The notes under the pieces: generated by a model
Seen by the model: the letters and a program-made list of their open reading frames with translations, nothing else
The model's database searches: none
What the model was told of the DNA's origin: nothing
Program-made: the position numbers and the translations under genes
Assembly: GCA_964440565.1 (NCBI GenBank)
Contig: CAYTTB010000007.1
Location: 3,966 to 63,992 of the forward strand
Source of the DNA: an uncultured Thermoanaerobaculia bacterium
GTDB lineage: Bacteria; Acidobacteriota; Thermoanaerobaculia; Thermoanaerobaculales; Sulfomarinibacteraceae
DNA: 60,027 nt
Direction: 5' to 3'
Part shown: positions 26,962 through 35,838 of the stretch, piece by piece
Numbering within the stretch: the stretch's first letter is position 1
Layout of the letters: the number at the start of each line of letters is the position of its first letter

Positions 26962-28431
26962 TCACTGGGCGCGGACGAGGTCGCCCAGGACCGGACGGGT
27001 CTCCGAGTCCTCCACCACGAACTCGTGGCAGGTGTCGCAGTCCTGCGGGATCACGTGCTTGCCGTCCGCGGTCTGCATCTCGTCGTCGTGGCACCGCCAG
27101 CACCCCGGGAACTCCTCGTGGCCGATGTTGTTCGGATGGGTCTTCCAGTCGGTCTTCATCTCCGGGAAGACCGTGCGGCCGTAGATCCTGGCCGCGTCCT
27201 CGGCGGCTCGCTGGATCAGCTCCTGCCGTCCCTTCCACAGTTCGGGGTAGCTCTCGCGGTAGAAGTCGAGGAGCGCCGTCCGGACCGCCGCCACTCCCTC
27301 GTCGTGGGTGGAGTACTTCGCCTCGATGGCGCGCTTGGCCTCACGCTTGAAGTACGGGAGCTGGCGGTACTCCTCCCGCCTCGAGAGCAGGTCGTCGAGC
27401 GCCCGGTCCGGGGAGGGGAAGTAGTGGGTCGGGCGGTTGTGGCAGTCGATGCAGTCCATGATCCGGGCACGGCGCTCGAGCTCCTCGGGGGGTGGGAGCT
27501 CCTGGCCAGGCCGGGTGTAGACGCGGACCTCGCCGTCCGCGGTGGTCAGCTCGACCCAGCCGATCTCCTGCCGGCGGTCATCGAGCGCCACGTAGCGGAT
27601 CCTGTTGTCGGAGTAGATGTGCCACCAGTGGATGCCGCCGTGGGCGCCGAGGTCGAGACTGCCGCCGCCCGTCTTCATGATCATGGCGGTGTAGCTCGGC
27701 GTGTTCTTCTCGTCCTCGTCGAAGCGCGCGAAGATCTTCAGCTTGTCGCCGTGGTGCTTGGCAGGCCAGTGGCACTGCTCGCACGTGTCGCGGGAGGGGC
27801 GCAGGTTGTGGATCGGAGTCTCGATGGGCCGGTGGTAGGTTCCCCAGACCGTGTGCCACACCTGCCGCAGGCCATCGATCTTGGACTTGACGAACCAGGA
27901 CGCCCCCGGCCCGATGTGGCACTCGACGCACTTGACCCGGGAGTGGGGGGAGTTCTGGTAGGCCGTGTACTCGGGCTGCATCACCGTGTGGCAGGTGGTG
28001 CCGCAGAACTCCACCGTGTCCATGGTGACGGTGGCGAAGTACGACGCGAGCCCGAAGATGATCCCGTTGATGGCGGTGAGCACGAGCACGATCAGCGCCA
28101 CCCGCCTCAGACGCGGGTCGTTGAAGTCGAGCTTCGGGAAGACCGAGATCTCCTCGAGGGTCGCACCGCTGGCGAGGAGCCGCTTGCGCCGGCGCCACAT
28201 CCCGATGGGGATCAGGACGAGCGCGACGGCCATGATCCCCGGCAGGATCAGGTAGGCGAAGACCCCGATGTAGGGGTTGTGGAACCCCATCGAGAGGTGC
28301 GCCAGCATGAAGACGAAGATCAGGATCGCCGAGACGGTGGCGACGATGACGCCCGCGATGGTGAGCGGGTTGTTGGCGTAGTTGAACAGGCGCCCCTCGA
28401 GACCGATCCACTTCAGAACCCTCTGGACCAT
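26962..28431 (-). CDS. Membrane-anchored NapC/NirT-like multiheme cytochrome c (about 6 hemes)
   Basis: Three N-terminal TMs. Heme motifs CGTTCH, CVECH, CEQCH, CIDCH, CWRCH and CDTCH. Confidence 0.9.
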   Translation of the reverse strand: MVQRVLKWIGLEGRLFNYANNPLTIAGVIVATVSAILIFVFMLAHLSMGFHNPYIGVFAYLILPGIMAVALVLIPIGMWRRRKRLLASGATLEEISVFPKLDFNDPRLRRVALIVLVLTAINGIIFGLASYFATVTMDTVEFCGTTCHTVMQPEYTAYQNSPHSRVKCVECHIGPGASWFVKSKIDGLRQVWHTVWGTYHRPIETPIHNLRPSRDTCEQCHWPAKHHGDKLKIFARFDEDEKNTPSYTAMIMKTGGGSLDLGAHGGIHWWHIYSDNRIRYVALDDRRQEIGWVELTTADGEVRVYTRPGQELPPPEELERRARIMDCIDCHNRPTHYFPSPDRALDDLLSRREEYRQLPYFKREAKRAIEAKYSTHDEGVAAVRTALLDFYRESYPELWKGRQELIQRAAEDAARIYGRTVFPEMKTDWKTHPNNIGHEEFPGCWRCHDDEMQTADGKHVIPQDCDTCHEFVVEDSETRPVLGDLVRAQ

Positions 28432-28490
28432 GGCTCCCCCCGCGTGAGGTAGGACCGCGCCGGCGGGCACGGCGCGCGGAGTATACCGGC

Positions 28491-28508
28491 TCGTGAAATT
28501 TCGCGCAA
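28491..28508. promoter_or_regulatory. Weaker Rex-like operator upstream of the cytochrome gene
   Basis: TCGTGAAATTTCGCGCAA next to a minus-strand TATACT (28480-28485). Confidence 0.4.
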
Positions 28509-28712
28509 CGTCGCACCCGCCGGGACCCCTCGTCGAGGCGTCTCGCCTCTCGCGCTCTCCCCGGCGGACGTGCGGCCGCCGTCGTGCGACGCCGCGCTCG
28601 TGGTCCGTGCGGGCGAACGCGTCCACTGCCCCGCGCCGCTCCGGAGCCGGGCCGGGCCCCGGCACGGGCGGACGCCGGACTCGGCTCGGCGCTGGGCCGA
28701 GCGATGCCCCCT

Positions 28713-28862
28713 GTCATCCCGAGGAGCGGCCGCAGGCCGTGACGAGAGATCTCACCCACGGGGAACTCGCCGCGGTCAGGGCCTCGGGGGTGTGGGCGGC
28801 GAGGGAGGGGGGCGGGCGTCGCTGCGTCGGTGACATCGCCCGGGCTTCGCCCTCGGGGTGAC
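28713..28862. repeat. REP/BIME-like inverted element
   Basis: Arms GTCATCCCGAGG (28713-28724) and CCTCGGGGTGAC (28851-28862), with internal small hairpins. Confidence 0.65.
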
Positions 28863-28875
28863 GGAAAGCGTGGCC

Positions 28876-28929
28876 GTGACGTCCGGCGACGCGAGCCACT
28901 TCCCGGCTCGCTGCCTCACGTCAGCGGCG
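28876..28929 (+). repeat. Palindromic dispersed repeat, copy 2
   Basis: Matches 23684-23737. Confidence 0.85.
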
Positions 28930-29123
28930 CTGGCATCCCGGCTCTGCGGCGCCTGCGCCCGGTGGGCCCTCGCCTCGCCCCACCGCGGCCCCCCCCGCGG
29001 CGCCGGCACCCATCGTCTGCGGCCGGGGCGGCGTCTCGAGTCCCCCGGAGGCGAGTCGAGGGGTGAACGAGCACGGGGCGCGGCCTCGGGCCGCGCCCCG
29101 GATCGCGCTCGCACGGGCGCCGG

Positions 29124-29618
29124 TTACTTGCCCAGCGCCTCGCGGTACTTGGCGGGATCGTGCTTGAACTCGTGGATGGCGTTCTTGTTCTTCACCGCCT
29201 CCTCGAACTTCACCTGCTTGTGGTGGTCCTTCCCGTCGTGGCAGCGGTTACAGGTCTCCTGGGAGGGGATCACCAGACCGTTGGCGACCGCCTTCTTCAC
29301 GTCCTTCATGATCGACATCTTCTTGTACGCCGAGCCGGGCCCGTGGCACATCTCGCACTGCACGCCCGGGAAGTTCTCGGGGTCCGCGTTGGTCGCGTGG
29401 CACTTCGCGCACTCGGGCCCCCACGTGCGGCCCTCGGCGCCCTTCTTGGCCACCTCGGTGGCCTTCGCGTGCACGGTGTTCTGCCACGAGGTGAACTCCA
29501 CCTTGTGGCACATCTTGCACTTCTTGGCCCCGACGTAGGTGTAGTCCCCCGCACCGGCCGTGGCGGCGACCAGACCCGCCACCAGGACCACCGCCGCTCC
29601 GATCGCCAGCTTCTTCAT
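29124..29618 (-). CDS. Periplasmic tetraheme cytochrome c (c554-like)
   Basis: Signal peptide, then YVGAKKCKMCH, CAKCH, GVQCEMCHGPGS and CNRCH. Confidence 0.92.
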   Translation of the reverse strand: MKKLAIGAAVVLVAGLVAATAGAGDYTYVGAKKCKMCHKVEFTSWQNTVHAKATEVAKKGAEGRTWGPECAKCHATNADPENFPGVQCEMCHGPGSAYKKMSIMKDVKKAVANGLVIPSQETCNRCHDGKDHHKQVKFEEAVKNKNAIHEFKHDPAKYREALGK

Positions 29619-29834
29619 CCTCGTTCCTCCTTTCGCGTCGTTCACCAGGCTCCCCCTCCGGGGTCGCGCCGAATGTACCACTCACCTCGTGTACGGAGCA
29701 AGGCCTCGCCCCGTCCAGCGCGCGGCGCCGAGCGCTCGCCGCGGCCGGGCTCGGGCGGTGGGCGGCGAGCGACGCGCGCCGCAGTCCGCCGCCGGGTCCG
29801 CGTCGGGCCGCGGAACCCCGGCGAGCTCCCCGCG

Positions 29835-30461
29835 TCACGCGCCGTTCCCGTGGCGTTCGATCTCGGACCCGAACAGCCACGGCTGCTCCGTCTCCAGCGC
29901 CCCCTCCGGGTCGTGGCAGCGCCGGCAGCGCGCCTCGTACACCCCGGCCGCACCCACCACGACGCGCTCCGACGACGCGATGAGGCGCTGGGTGTAGCTC
30001 GCCGGGGCGCCGCAGCGGGCGCAGATGGCCGTGATCTTGGTGACCTCCTCGGCGATGGCGAGAAGTTCCGGCATGGGGCCGAACGGGACCCCCCGGTAGT
30101 CCATGTCGAGGCCCGCGACGATCACGCGCTTGCCCAGGTTCGCGAGGTGGGTGCAGACCCCGGGGAGACCCTCGTCGAAGAACTGGCCCTCGTCGATCCC
30201 CACCACCTCGGTGCGGGGATCGAGCCGCTCGAGAATCTGGGCGGCGTTCTCCACCGGCTCGGAGGGGATCCGCCAGCGCGAGTGGGAGACGACCTCGTTC
30301 TCCGCGTACCGCCGGTCCATGGCGGGCTTGAACACCTGGATCCTCTGGCGGGCGATGGCCGCCCGGCGCAGCCTCCGGATCAGCTCCTCGGACTTGCCCG
30401 AGAACATCGGCCCCGAGATCACCTCGATCCAGCCCGATCCCGGACGCAGCCGCACCGTCAC
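29835..30461 (-). CDS. tdk: Thymidine kinase
   Basis: Motifs [29 protein letters not shown] and YEARCRRC. Confidence 0.96.
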   Translation of the reverse strand: MTVRLRPGSGWIEVISGPMFSGKSEELIRRLRRAAIARQRIQVFKPAMDRRYAENEVVSHSRWRIPSEPVENAAQILERLDPRTEVVGIDEGQFFDEGLPGVCTHLANLGKRVIVAGLDMDYRGVPFGPMPELLAIAEEVTKITAICARCGAPASYTQRLIASSERVVVGAAGVYEARCRRCHDPEGALETEQPWLFGSEIERHGNGA

Positions 30462-30501
30462 CCCTCGACCTCCGCCGACAGGGTAGCAGAGGCTGGAGCG
30501 C

Positions 30502-31062
30502 TCACGGGCCGGCGAGCCCCTCCCAGCGCGGGTCCGGCGCGTACCACGGGGCGAGCGCGGCCACCACCGCCGTCGTGAAGGCCGCCGCCCGGTCGATCCG
30601 GTCGCCGGTGAGGACGCCGAACGTCCCGCGCCCCGAGCGGACGTCGCGCTCGGCCGCGTACCGCTCGATGGCCTCGCCCAGCTCCTCGCCCTCGAGCACC
30701 GCCCGGGCCAGCGGCGGCGGCAGCGCGATCCCCGGTCCGCAGCCGAGGCCCAGCCGCTCCCCGTCCCACGCCGCGGCCCAGTTGCGCAGGACGAGCAGCG
30801 CCGGATCGCGCCGCAGCACCACGCAGCCGCCCTCGAGGCCCAGGGCGAGCCGGGCGCCGGTGGCCGCGAGCGCCGCCCGGGCCCGGTGGACCGCCCCCCG
30901 GATCCCCTCGACCTCGTCGAGGGGCATGGCCGTGACGCCGCTCGGCACCTCCACGGGGAACAGCTCGACCGGCTCGCCCGGCCACGGCCGGAGGCGCTCG
31001 AGCGCGCGGCGCGCCGCCTCGACCTTGGCGGCGCGCAGCGTCCCGACCGCGATCCGGATCAC
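30502..31062 (-). CDS. yjjX: Inosine/xanthosine triphosphatase (DUF84/YjjX family)
   Basis: Motifs IAVGT..AAKVEA, VPSGV..MPL, GA..RA, GLEGG and GTFGVLT. Confidence 0.82.
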   Translation of the reverse strand: MIRIAVGTLRAAKVEAARRALERLRPWPGEPVELFPVEVPSGVTAMPLDEVEGIRGAVHRARAALAATGARLALGLEGGCVVLRRDPALLVLRNWAAAWDGERLGLGCGPGIALPPPLARAVLEGEELGEAIERYAAERDVRSGRGTFGVLTGDRIDRAAAFTTAVVAALAPWYAPDPRWEGLAGP

Positions 31063-31691
31063 ACCCCCACCTTCGGGCAGACGGGCTCGAGGTCGCACTC
31101 GCCGCACCGGGGCCGGCGCGCGGTGCAGACGTAGCGGCCGTGGAGGATCGTCCGCATCGAGAACGCCGGCCACTCCTCCCGCGGCAGCGCCGCCTCGAGC
31201 TCGGCCTCGATCCTGTCGGGATCGGTGGCGTCGGTGAGCCCGAGCCGCCGTGCCACCCGCCGGACGTGGGTGTCCACGGCGATGCCGGCGGGGATGCCGA
31301 ACGCCTCGCCCAGGACCACGTTGGCGGTCTTGCGGCCGATACCGGGCAGCCGCACCAGCTCCTCCACGGTGCGCGGCACCTCGCCCCCGTGCTCGGCCAC
31401 GAGGCGGGCAGCGAGCCCCTTGAGCGCCCGCGCCTTGTTGCGGTAGAAGCCGGTGGGGCGGACCACCTCCTCGATGGCCTCGAGGGGGGCCGCCGCGAGC
31501 TCCCTCGGCCCGGGCCACCGCCGGAACAGCTCGGGCGTGACCCGGTTCACCCGCTCGTCGGTGCACTGCGCGGAGAGGATCGTGGCCACGAGCAGCTCCC
31601 AGGGGGTGCGGTGGTGCAGCTCGCACCGCGCCTCGGGCCAGCGCCCGGCGAGCAGGCGCGCCACCGTGCGGATCCGCTCGCTCCTGTCCAC
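31059..31691 (-). CDS. nth: Endonuclease III
   Basis: LLVATILSAQCTD, HhH LPGIGRKTANVV, VDTHV and the Fe-S motif C.ARRPRCGEC.L..VC. Confidence 0.96.
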   Translation of the reverse strand: MDRSERIRTVARLLAGRWPEARCELHHRTPWELLVATILSAQCTDERVNRVTPELFRRWPGPRELAAAPLEAIEEVVRPTGFYRNKARALKGLAARLVAEHGGEVPRTVEELVRLPGIGRKTANVVLGEAFGIPAGIAVDTHVRRVARRLGLTDATDPDRIEAELEAALPREEWPAFSMRTILHGRYVCTARRPRCGECDLEPVCPKVGV

Positions 31692-31717
31692 GGTGCGATT
31701 GTACGCCCCCGTTCCGC

Positions 31718-33385
31718 TCAGTACTCGAACGCGGAGCCGCCGATGAACTCGCGCAGGATCGAGGTCTGCGGCACCTCGTCGGGGAACACCGGCACGAAGA
31801 TGGAGAGGAACTTGAGCAGCCGGTACGCCTCCGGGTAGGCGGGGCTGGTGCGCGGGACCTGGAGGAGGAACCGCTCGGCGTAGGTCTTGAGGACCGCGGG
31901 CTCGTACACCAGGGCGGAGTTGAACATCACGTCGGCCTGTTCCTGGTGGGGGAAGATCCACCGGCCCTCGCCGCGCCTGACCCGGTCCCACAGGAGCAGC
32001 GTGCGTTCCGCGGTGAACCCCCGGAACAGCCGGTCGCGGACGATCCGTCGGATCAGCCGGGCGTCCGAGGTGAAGATGCGGTTGTGGTCGTCGATGGCGA
32101 GCTGGGTCAGCGCCGAGGCGAAGATCCTGAGCTTCTGGTCGGCCGGGATCGCCTCGGTGAGGCGGTCGTTGAGGCCGTGGATCCCCTCGATGAGCAGGAT
32201 CTGGCCGTCCCGCAGCCGGAGCGGCACCCACCGGTCGCGGGGTCTGCGCGTGCCGGTGACGAAGTCGAACCGGGGGGTCAGCACCTCCCGGCCCTCGAGC
32301 AGGGCCGCCAGGTGCTCGTTGAGAAGGGCGAGATCGATCGCCTCGATGGACTCGAAGTCGGGCTTCCCCTCCTCGTCGAGGGGCGTGGCGTCCCGGTCCA
32401 CGTAGTAGTTGTCCAGGGAGAGGGCCACCGGCTCGATCCCGGCGACGCGGAGCTGGATCGCGAGCCGCTTGACGAAGGTCGTCTTGCCGGAGGAGGACGG
32501 GCCGGCCACCAGGACGATGCGAACCCGGTCGCGGCGTGACGCCACGAGGTCCGCGATCTCCGCGATCTTCTTCTCGTGCAACCCCTCGGCCACCCGGATG
32601 AGGTCGCCCACCGCGCCGTCCAGGCAGATCCGGTTGAGCTCGCCCACGTGGCGGACCCCCAGCAGCTCCTGCCACCGCTGGGTCTCCATGTAGGTGGCGA
32701 ACAGGAGCGGCTTCGGCACGAAGGGCGGCAGCCGGTCGCGGTTGGCCCGGCGCGGGAAGCGGAGGAGGAGACCGCCCCCGTACGGCATCACCCCGAAGGT
32801 GGCCAGGCAGCCGGTGTGCGGCGCGAACGGCCCGTGGGCGATGTCCACGAAGCGGCCGCAGGTGATGGTGTGGACGGTGGAGGAGCGGCGGGTGGCGAGC
32901 AGGGCGAGCTTGTCCTCGAGCCCGTGCCGGCGGCAGTGGTCCTCGAGCTCCTCGAGGGTGACCGTGGACCGGACGAACGGGCGTCGCTCTCTGTGGATCT
33001 CGCGCATCCGCGCCTCGAGCCGCCGCGCCATCGTCGGGAGAGGGGGGTGCTCGCCCCGCACCTGGAAGTGGTAGCTGTTGCCCAGCGACTGGCCGATGAC
33101 GAGGCGGGCGTCGGGGTAGAGCTCGCAGCACGCCTCGTACAGCATCAGGCTCGTGGAGCGCTTGTACACCGCCTCGCCCTCGCGCGAGCCGTACCGGACG
33201 AGCTCCAGCTCCACGCGACCCCGGAGCGGGAAGTCCAGCATCACCTGGCGCCGGTTGACCAGGGCGGCCAGGACGGTATCGGGAATCTCGCCGTCGACCT
33301 CGTTCAGGAACTCGTCCACCCGTGTGCCGGTGGGCACGTGGTGGACCGCCCCGCGGTACAGGACCTCGACGGTGCTGTCGTTCAT
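31718..33385 (-). CDS. Nucleoside (uridine) kinase with a ThrRS-like N-terminal region
   Basis: Motifs AGPSSSGKTT, SLDNYY, IEGIHGLN, RRIVRD and FNSALVYE. Confidence 0.9.
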   Translation of the reverse strand: MNDSTVEVLYRGAVHHVPTGTRVDEFLNEVDGEIPDTVLAALVNRRQVMLDFPLRGRVELELVRYGSREGEAVYKRSTSLMLYEACCELYPDARLVIGQSLGNSYHFQVRGEHPPLPTMARRLEARMREIHRERRPFVRSTVTLEELEDHCRRHGLEDKLALLATRRSSTVHTITCGRFVDIAHGPFAPHTGCLATFGVMPYGGGLLLRFPRRANRDRLPPFVPKPLLFATYMETQRWQELLGVRHVGELNRICLDGAVGDLIRVAEGLHEKKIAEIADLVASRRDRVRIVLVAGPSSSGKTTFVKRLAIQLRVAGIEPVALSLDNYYVDRDATPLDEEGKPDFESIEAIDLALLNEHLAALLEGREVLTPRFDFVTGTRRPRDRWVPLRLRDGQILLIEGIHGLNDRLTEAIPADQKLRIFASALTQLAIDDHNRIFTSDARLIRRIVRDRLFRGFTAERTLLLWDRVRRGEGRWIFPHQEQADVMFNSALVYEPAVLKTYAERFLLQVPRTSPAYPEAYRLLKFLSIFVPVFPDEVPQTSILREFIGGSAFEY

Positions 33386-33389
33386 CCGC

Positions 33390-33983
33390 CTACCCGCGTA
33401 CCAGGTCGGGGATGAGCTGGTCCAGGTCCAGCGTCGCCCAGGCGACGCGTCCCAGGTCGTGCCCCACGTCGCGCCACCCGGCGTGGACCACGGGGACCCC
33501 GCGACGGACCAGGCGCTCCACCGCCGGAATCAGCTCGGTGTCCGAGCTCACCACCAGCGGCACGTCACAGCGCCGCTCGAGGGTGAAGGCCACGAGGTCG
33601 GCCACCAGCGCCGCGGTGAGCCCCTTGCTGGTTCCCACGGTGAATGGCTCCCCGCACTCCGGGCAGGCGGTCCGTTCGGTTCCGCACCTCTGGCACCGGA
33701 CGCCGCGCTGGCGTCGCACGATGCGGCTGATGGAGACACGGAAGCCGGGCTGGGGCGCGAGGAACGTCTCCAGCCAGTTGAGCAGGTTCTCGTTGTGGGG
33801 GTCCACCGAGGCGTACACGTGGATTCCCTCGAACCGCAGCCCGTCGAGTCCGGGCAGCCGGCGCGCCGCCTGGAGCAGTACCTGTGGCAGCCCGAGCCAG
33901 TCGCACCGCGCCTCGCCGGCCCGCTCGTTCCAGTTGAGCTGGAAGTTCCAGTAGTCCACGAAGATCTTCGCTCGTTGGGCCAT
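33390..33983 (-). CDS. NYN domain protein with a Zn-ribbon insertion
   Basis: Motifs IFVDYWNFQ, CQRC..CPEC, KG and VSSDTELIPAV. Confidence 0.82.
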   Translation of the reverse strand: MAQRAKIFVDYWNFQLNWNERAGEARCDWLGLPQVLLQAARRLPGLDGLRFEGIHVYASVDPHNENLLNWLETFLAPQPGFRVSISRIVRRQRGVRCQRCGTERTACPECGEPFTVGTSKGLTAALVADLVAFTLERRCDVPLVVSSDTELIPAVERLVRRGVPVVHAGWRDVGHDLGRVAWATLDLDQLIPDLVRG

Positions 33984-34186
33984 GGGCCCCCCCGCCGCGC
34001 GTGCACGCGCCCGGCTACCATAGGCCGCCCGGCCCGCGGAGGCAACCCCGCGGTCCGGCCGCAGCGGTTCCGGCTTCCCTGTCGCCGCGTCCCGCCCATC
34101 GCCGCCGCCGGTGGCGGTGCGCCGCCGCCCGCCGGGTTGCTTGCCGGGCGGGCTGGGCGCCGGTAGGCTTCGCGCGGAGGGACCGG

Positions 34187-35335
34187 ATGGACTTCTCGCT
34201 CGACGAGACGCAGGCGATGGTCCGCGAGATGGTGCGCTCCTTCGCGGAGGAGCGGGTTCGCCCCGGAGCTGCGGAGCGCGACCGGACGGGGGAGTTTCCG
34301 CACGATCTGTTCGCGGAGATGGGCGAGCTGGGGCTCCTGGGAATGCTGGTCCCGGAGGCGTACGGCGGGGCGGGGATGGACGTGATCTCGTACCTGCTGG
34401 CGGTGGAGGAGCTGGCGCGGGTGGACGCCGCGCTGGCGGTGGGGATGAGCGTCACCAACTCGGTCTGCTGCTGGCCCATCGTCCGCTTCGGGACGGAGGA
34501 GCAGAAGCGCCGGTACCTTCCGGAGCTGGCGAGCGGGCGGGCGCTGGGCGGCTTCATGCTCACCGAGCCGCAGTCGGGCTCGGACGCGGCGAGCCTGAGG
34601 ACCCGCTACCGCGATGCCGGCGACCACTGGGAGCTCGACGGTTCCAAGGCCTGGATCACCAACGCGGGCGTGGGCCGCTACTTCGTGGTGCTCGCGACGC
34701 GCGATCCGGGTCTCGGTGCCCGGGGGATCTCGGCCTTCCTCCTCGACGCGGAGCAGGAGGGTGTGCACGTGCACCCCCCCGAGGAGAAGATGGGCCTCAG
34801 GTCGTCGCGGACCGCGATGGTGACCCTCGAGGGGGCGCGGGTGCCCAAGGACGCGATGCTGGGCGAGGAGGGACAGGGCTTCCGGATCGCGCTCGCGACG
34901 CTGGACCACTCCCGGCTCGGGATCGCGGCGCAGGCGGTGGGGATCGCCCGTGCCGCGCTGGAGGAGGCGCTCCGCTACGCGCGGGAGCGGGAGCAGTTCG
35001 GCCGGCCCATCGTGGAGCACCAGGCCATCGCGTTCCGGCTCGCGGAGATGGACACCGAGATCGCGGCGGCGCGGGCCCTGCTGTGGCAGGCGGCGTGGGC
35101 GAGCGAGCGGCCCGGGCGGCACTCGCGCGAGTCCGCGCGCGCCAAGCTGTTCGCGTCGGAGATGTGCAACCGCGTGGTGGGGTGGGCGGTGCAGATCCAC
35201 GGCGGCTACGGCTACTCGCGCGAGTACACCGTGGAGCGGCTCTACCGCGACGCGCGGGTCACCACCATCTACGAGGGCACCTCCGAGGTGCAGAAGATGG
35301 TGATCGCCCGCGCCCTCCGCGAGCTCCCTGTCTGA
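34187..35335 (+). CDS. Acyl-CoA dehydrogenase
   Basis: Motifs LTEPQSGSDA, GSKAWITN, QIHGGYGY and IYEGTSEVQ. Confidence 0.96.
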   Translation: MDFSLDETQAMVREMVRSFAEERVRPGAAERDRTGEFPHDLFAEMGELGLLGMLVPEAYGGAGMDVISYLLAVEELARVDAALAVGMSVTNSVCCWPIVRFGTEEQKRRYLPELASGRALGGFMLTEPQSGSDAASLRTRYRDAGDHWELDGSKAWITNAGVGRYFVVLATRDPGLGARGISAFLLDAEQEGVHVHPPEEKMGLRSSRTAMVTLEGARVPKDAMLGEEGQGFRIALATLDHSRLGIAAQAVGIARAALEEALRYAREREQFGRPIVEHQAIAFRLAEMDTEIAAARALLWQAAWASERPGRHSRESARAKLFASEMCNRVVGWAVQIHGGYGYSREYTVERLYRDARVTTIYEGTSEVQKMVIARALRELPV

Positions 35336-35580
35336 GCCGGGCGAGCACCGCCCCGGCGGCCGTTCGCGGGCCCGGGGCGGCGGACCCCCTGGCGGTGCCG
35401 GCCGTGCGGGCCGAGGCCGCCGGGGCCATCTCGGTCGCCTCGGGGCGGCAGCCGGGACGTGGTCGCGGCACGTGCGGGGAGCCTCCAGGAGGGGACGGTG
35501 CGTTTGACGTGCGGTGGCGGCGCTGATAGGATCCGCACGTTTCGCGCGCGGTCGGACGGCCGCGCCGGGAGGGTCCCACC

Positions 35581-35772
35581 ATGAGCCTGCTCAGGAGCCT
35601 CGCCAAGCGCCTCCTCGCGGAGCCGGAGCTGCCCCCCGAGCTGGGGCGCAACGAGCCGTGCTGGTGCGGCAGCGGCAAGAAGTACAAGAACTGCCACCTC
35701 GAGCGCGACGAGCGGAGAAGGTCGGCCGTGCGGGCCACGGTGGGTCGGAGGCCTCCCGAGGGGATGTTCTGA
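35581..35772 (+). CDS. Small SEC-C motif protein
   Basis: [18 protein letters not shown]. Confidence 0.85.
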   Translation: MSLLRSLAKRLLAEPELPPELGRNEPCWCGSGKKYKNCHLERDERRRSAVRATVGRRPPEGMF

Positions 35773-35838
35773 GCCGGCATCCCGGCGCGGGAGCGTCCGG
35801 GGTTTGAGCCCGGCGCGCCGGGCGGCTACCCTGTCGCC

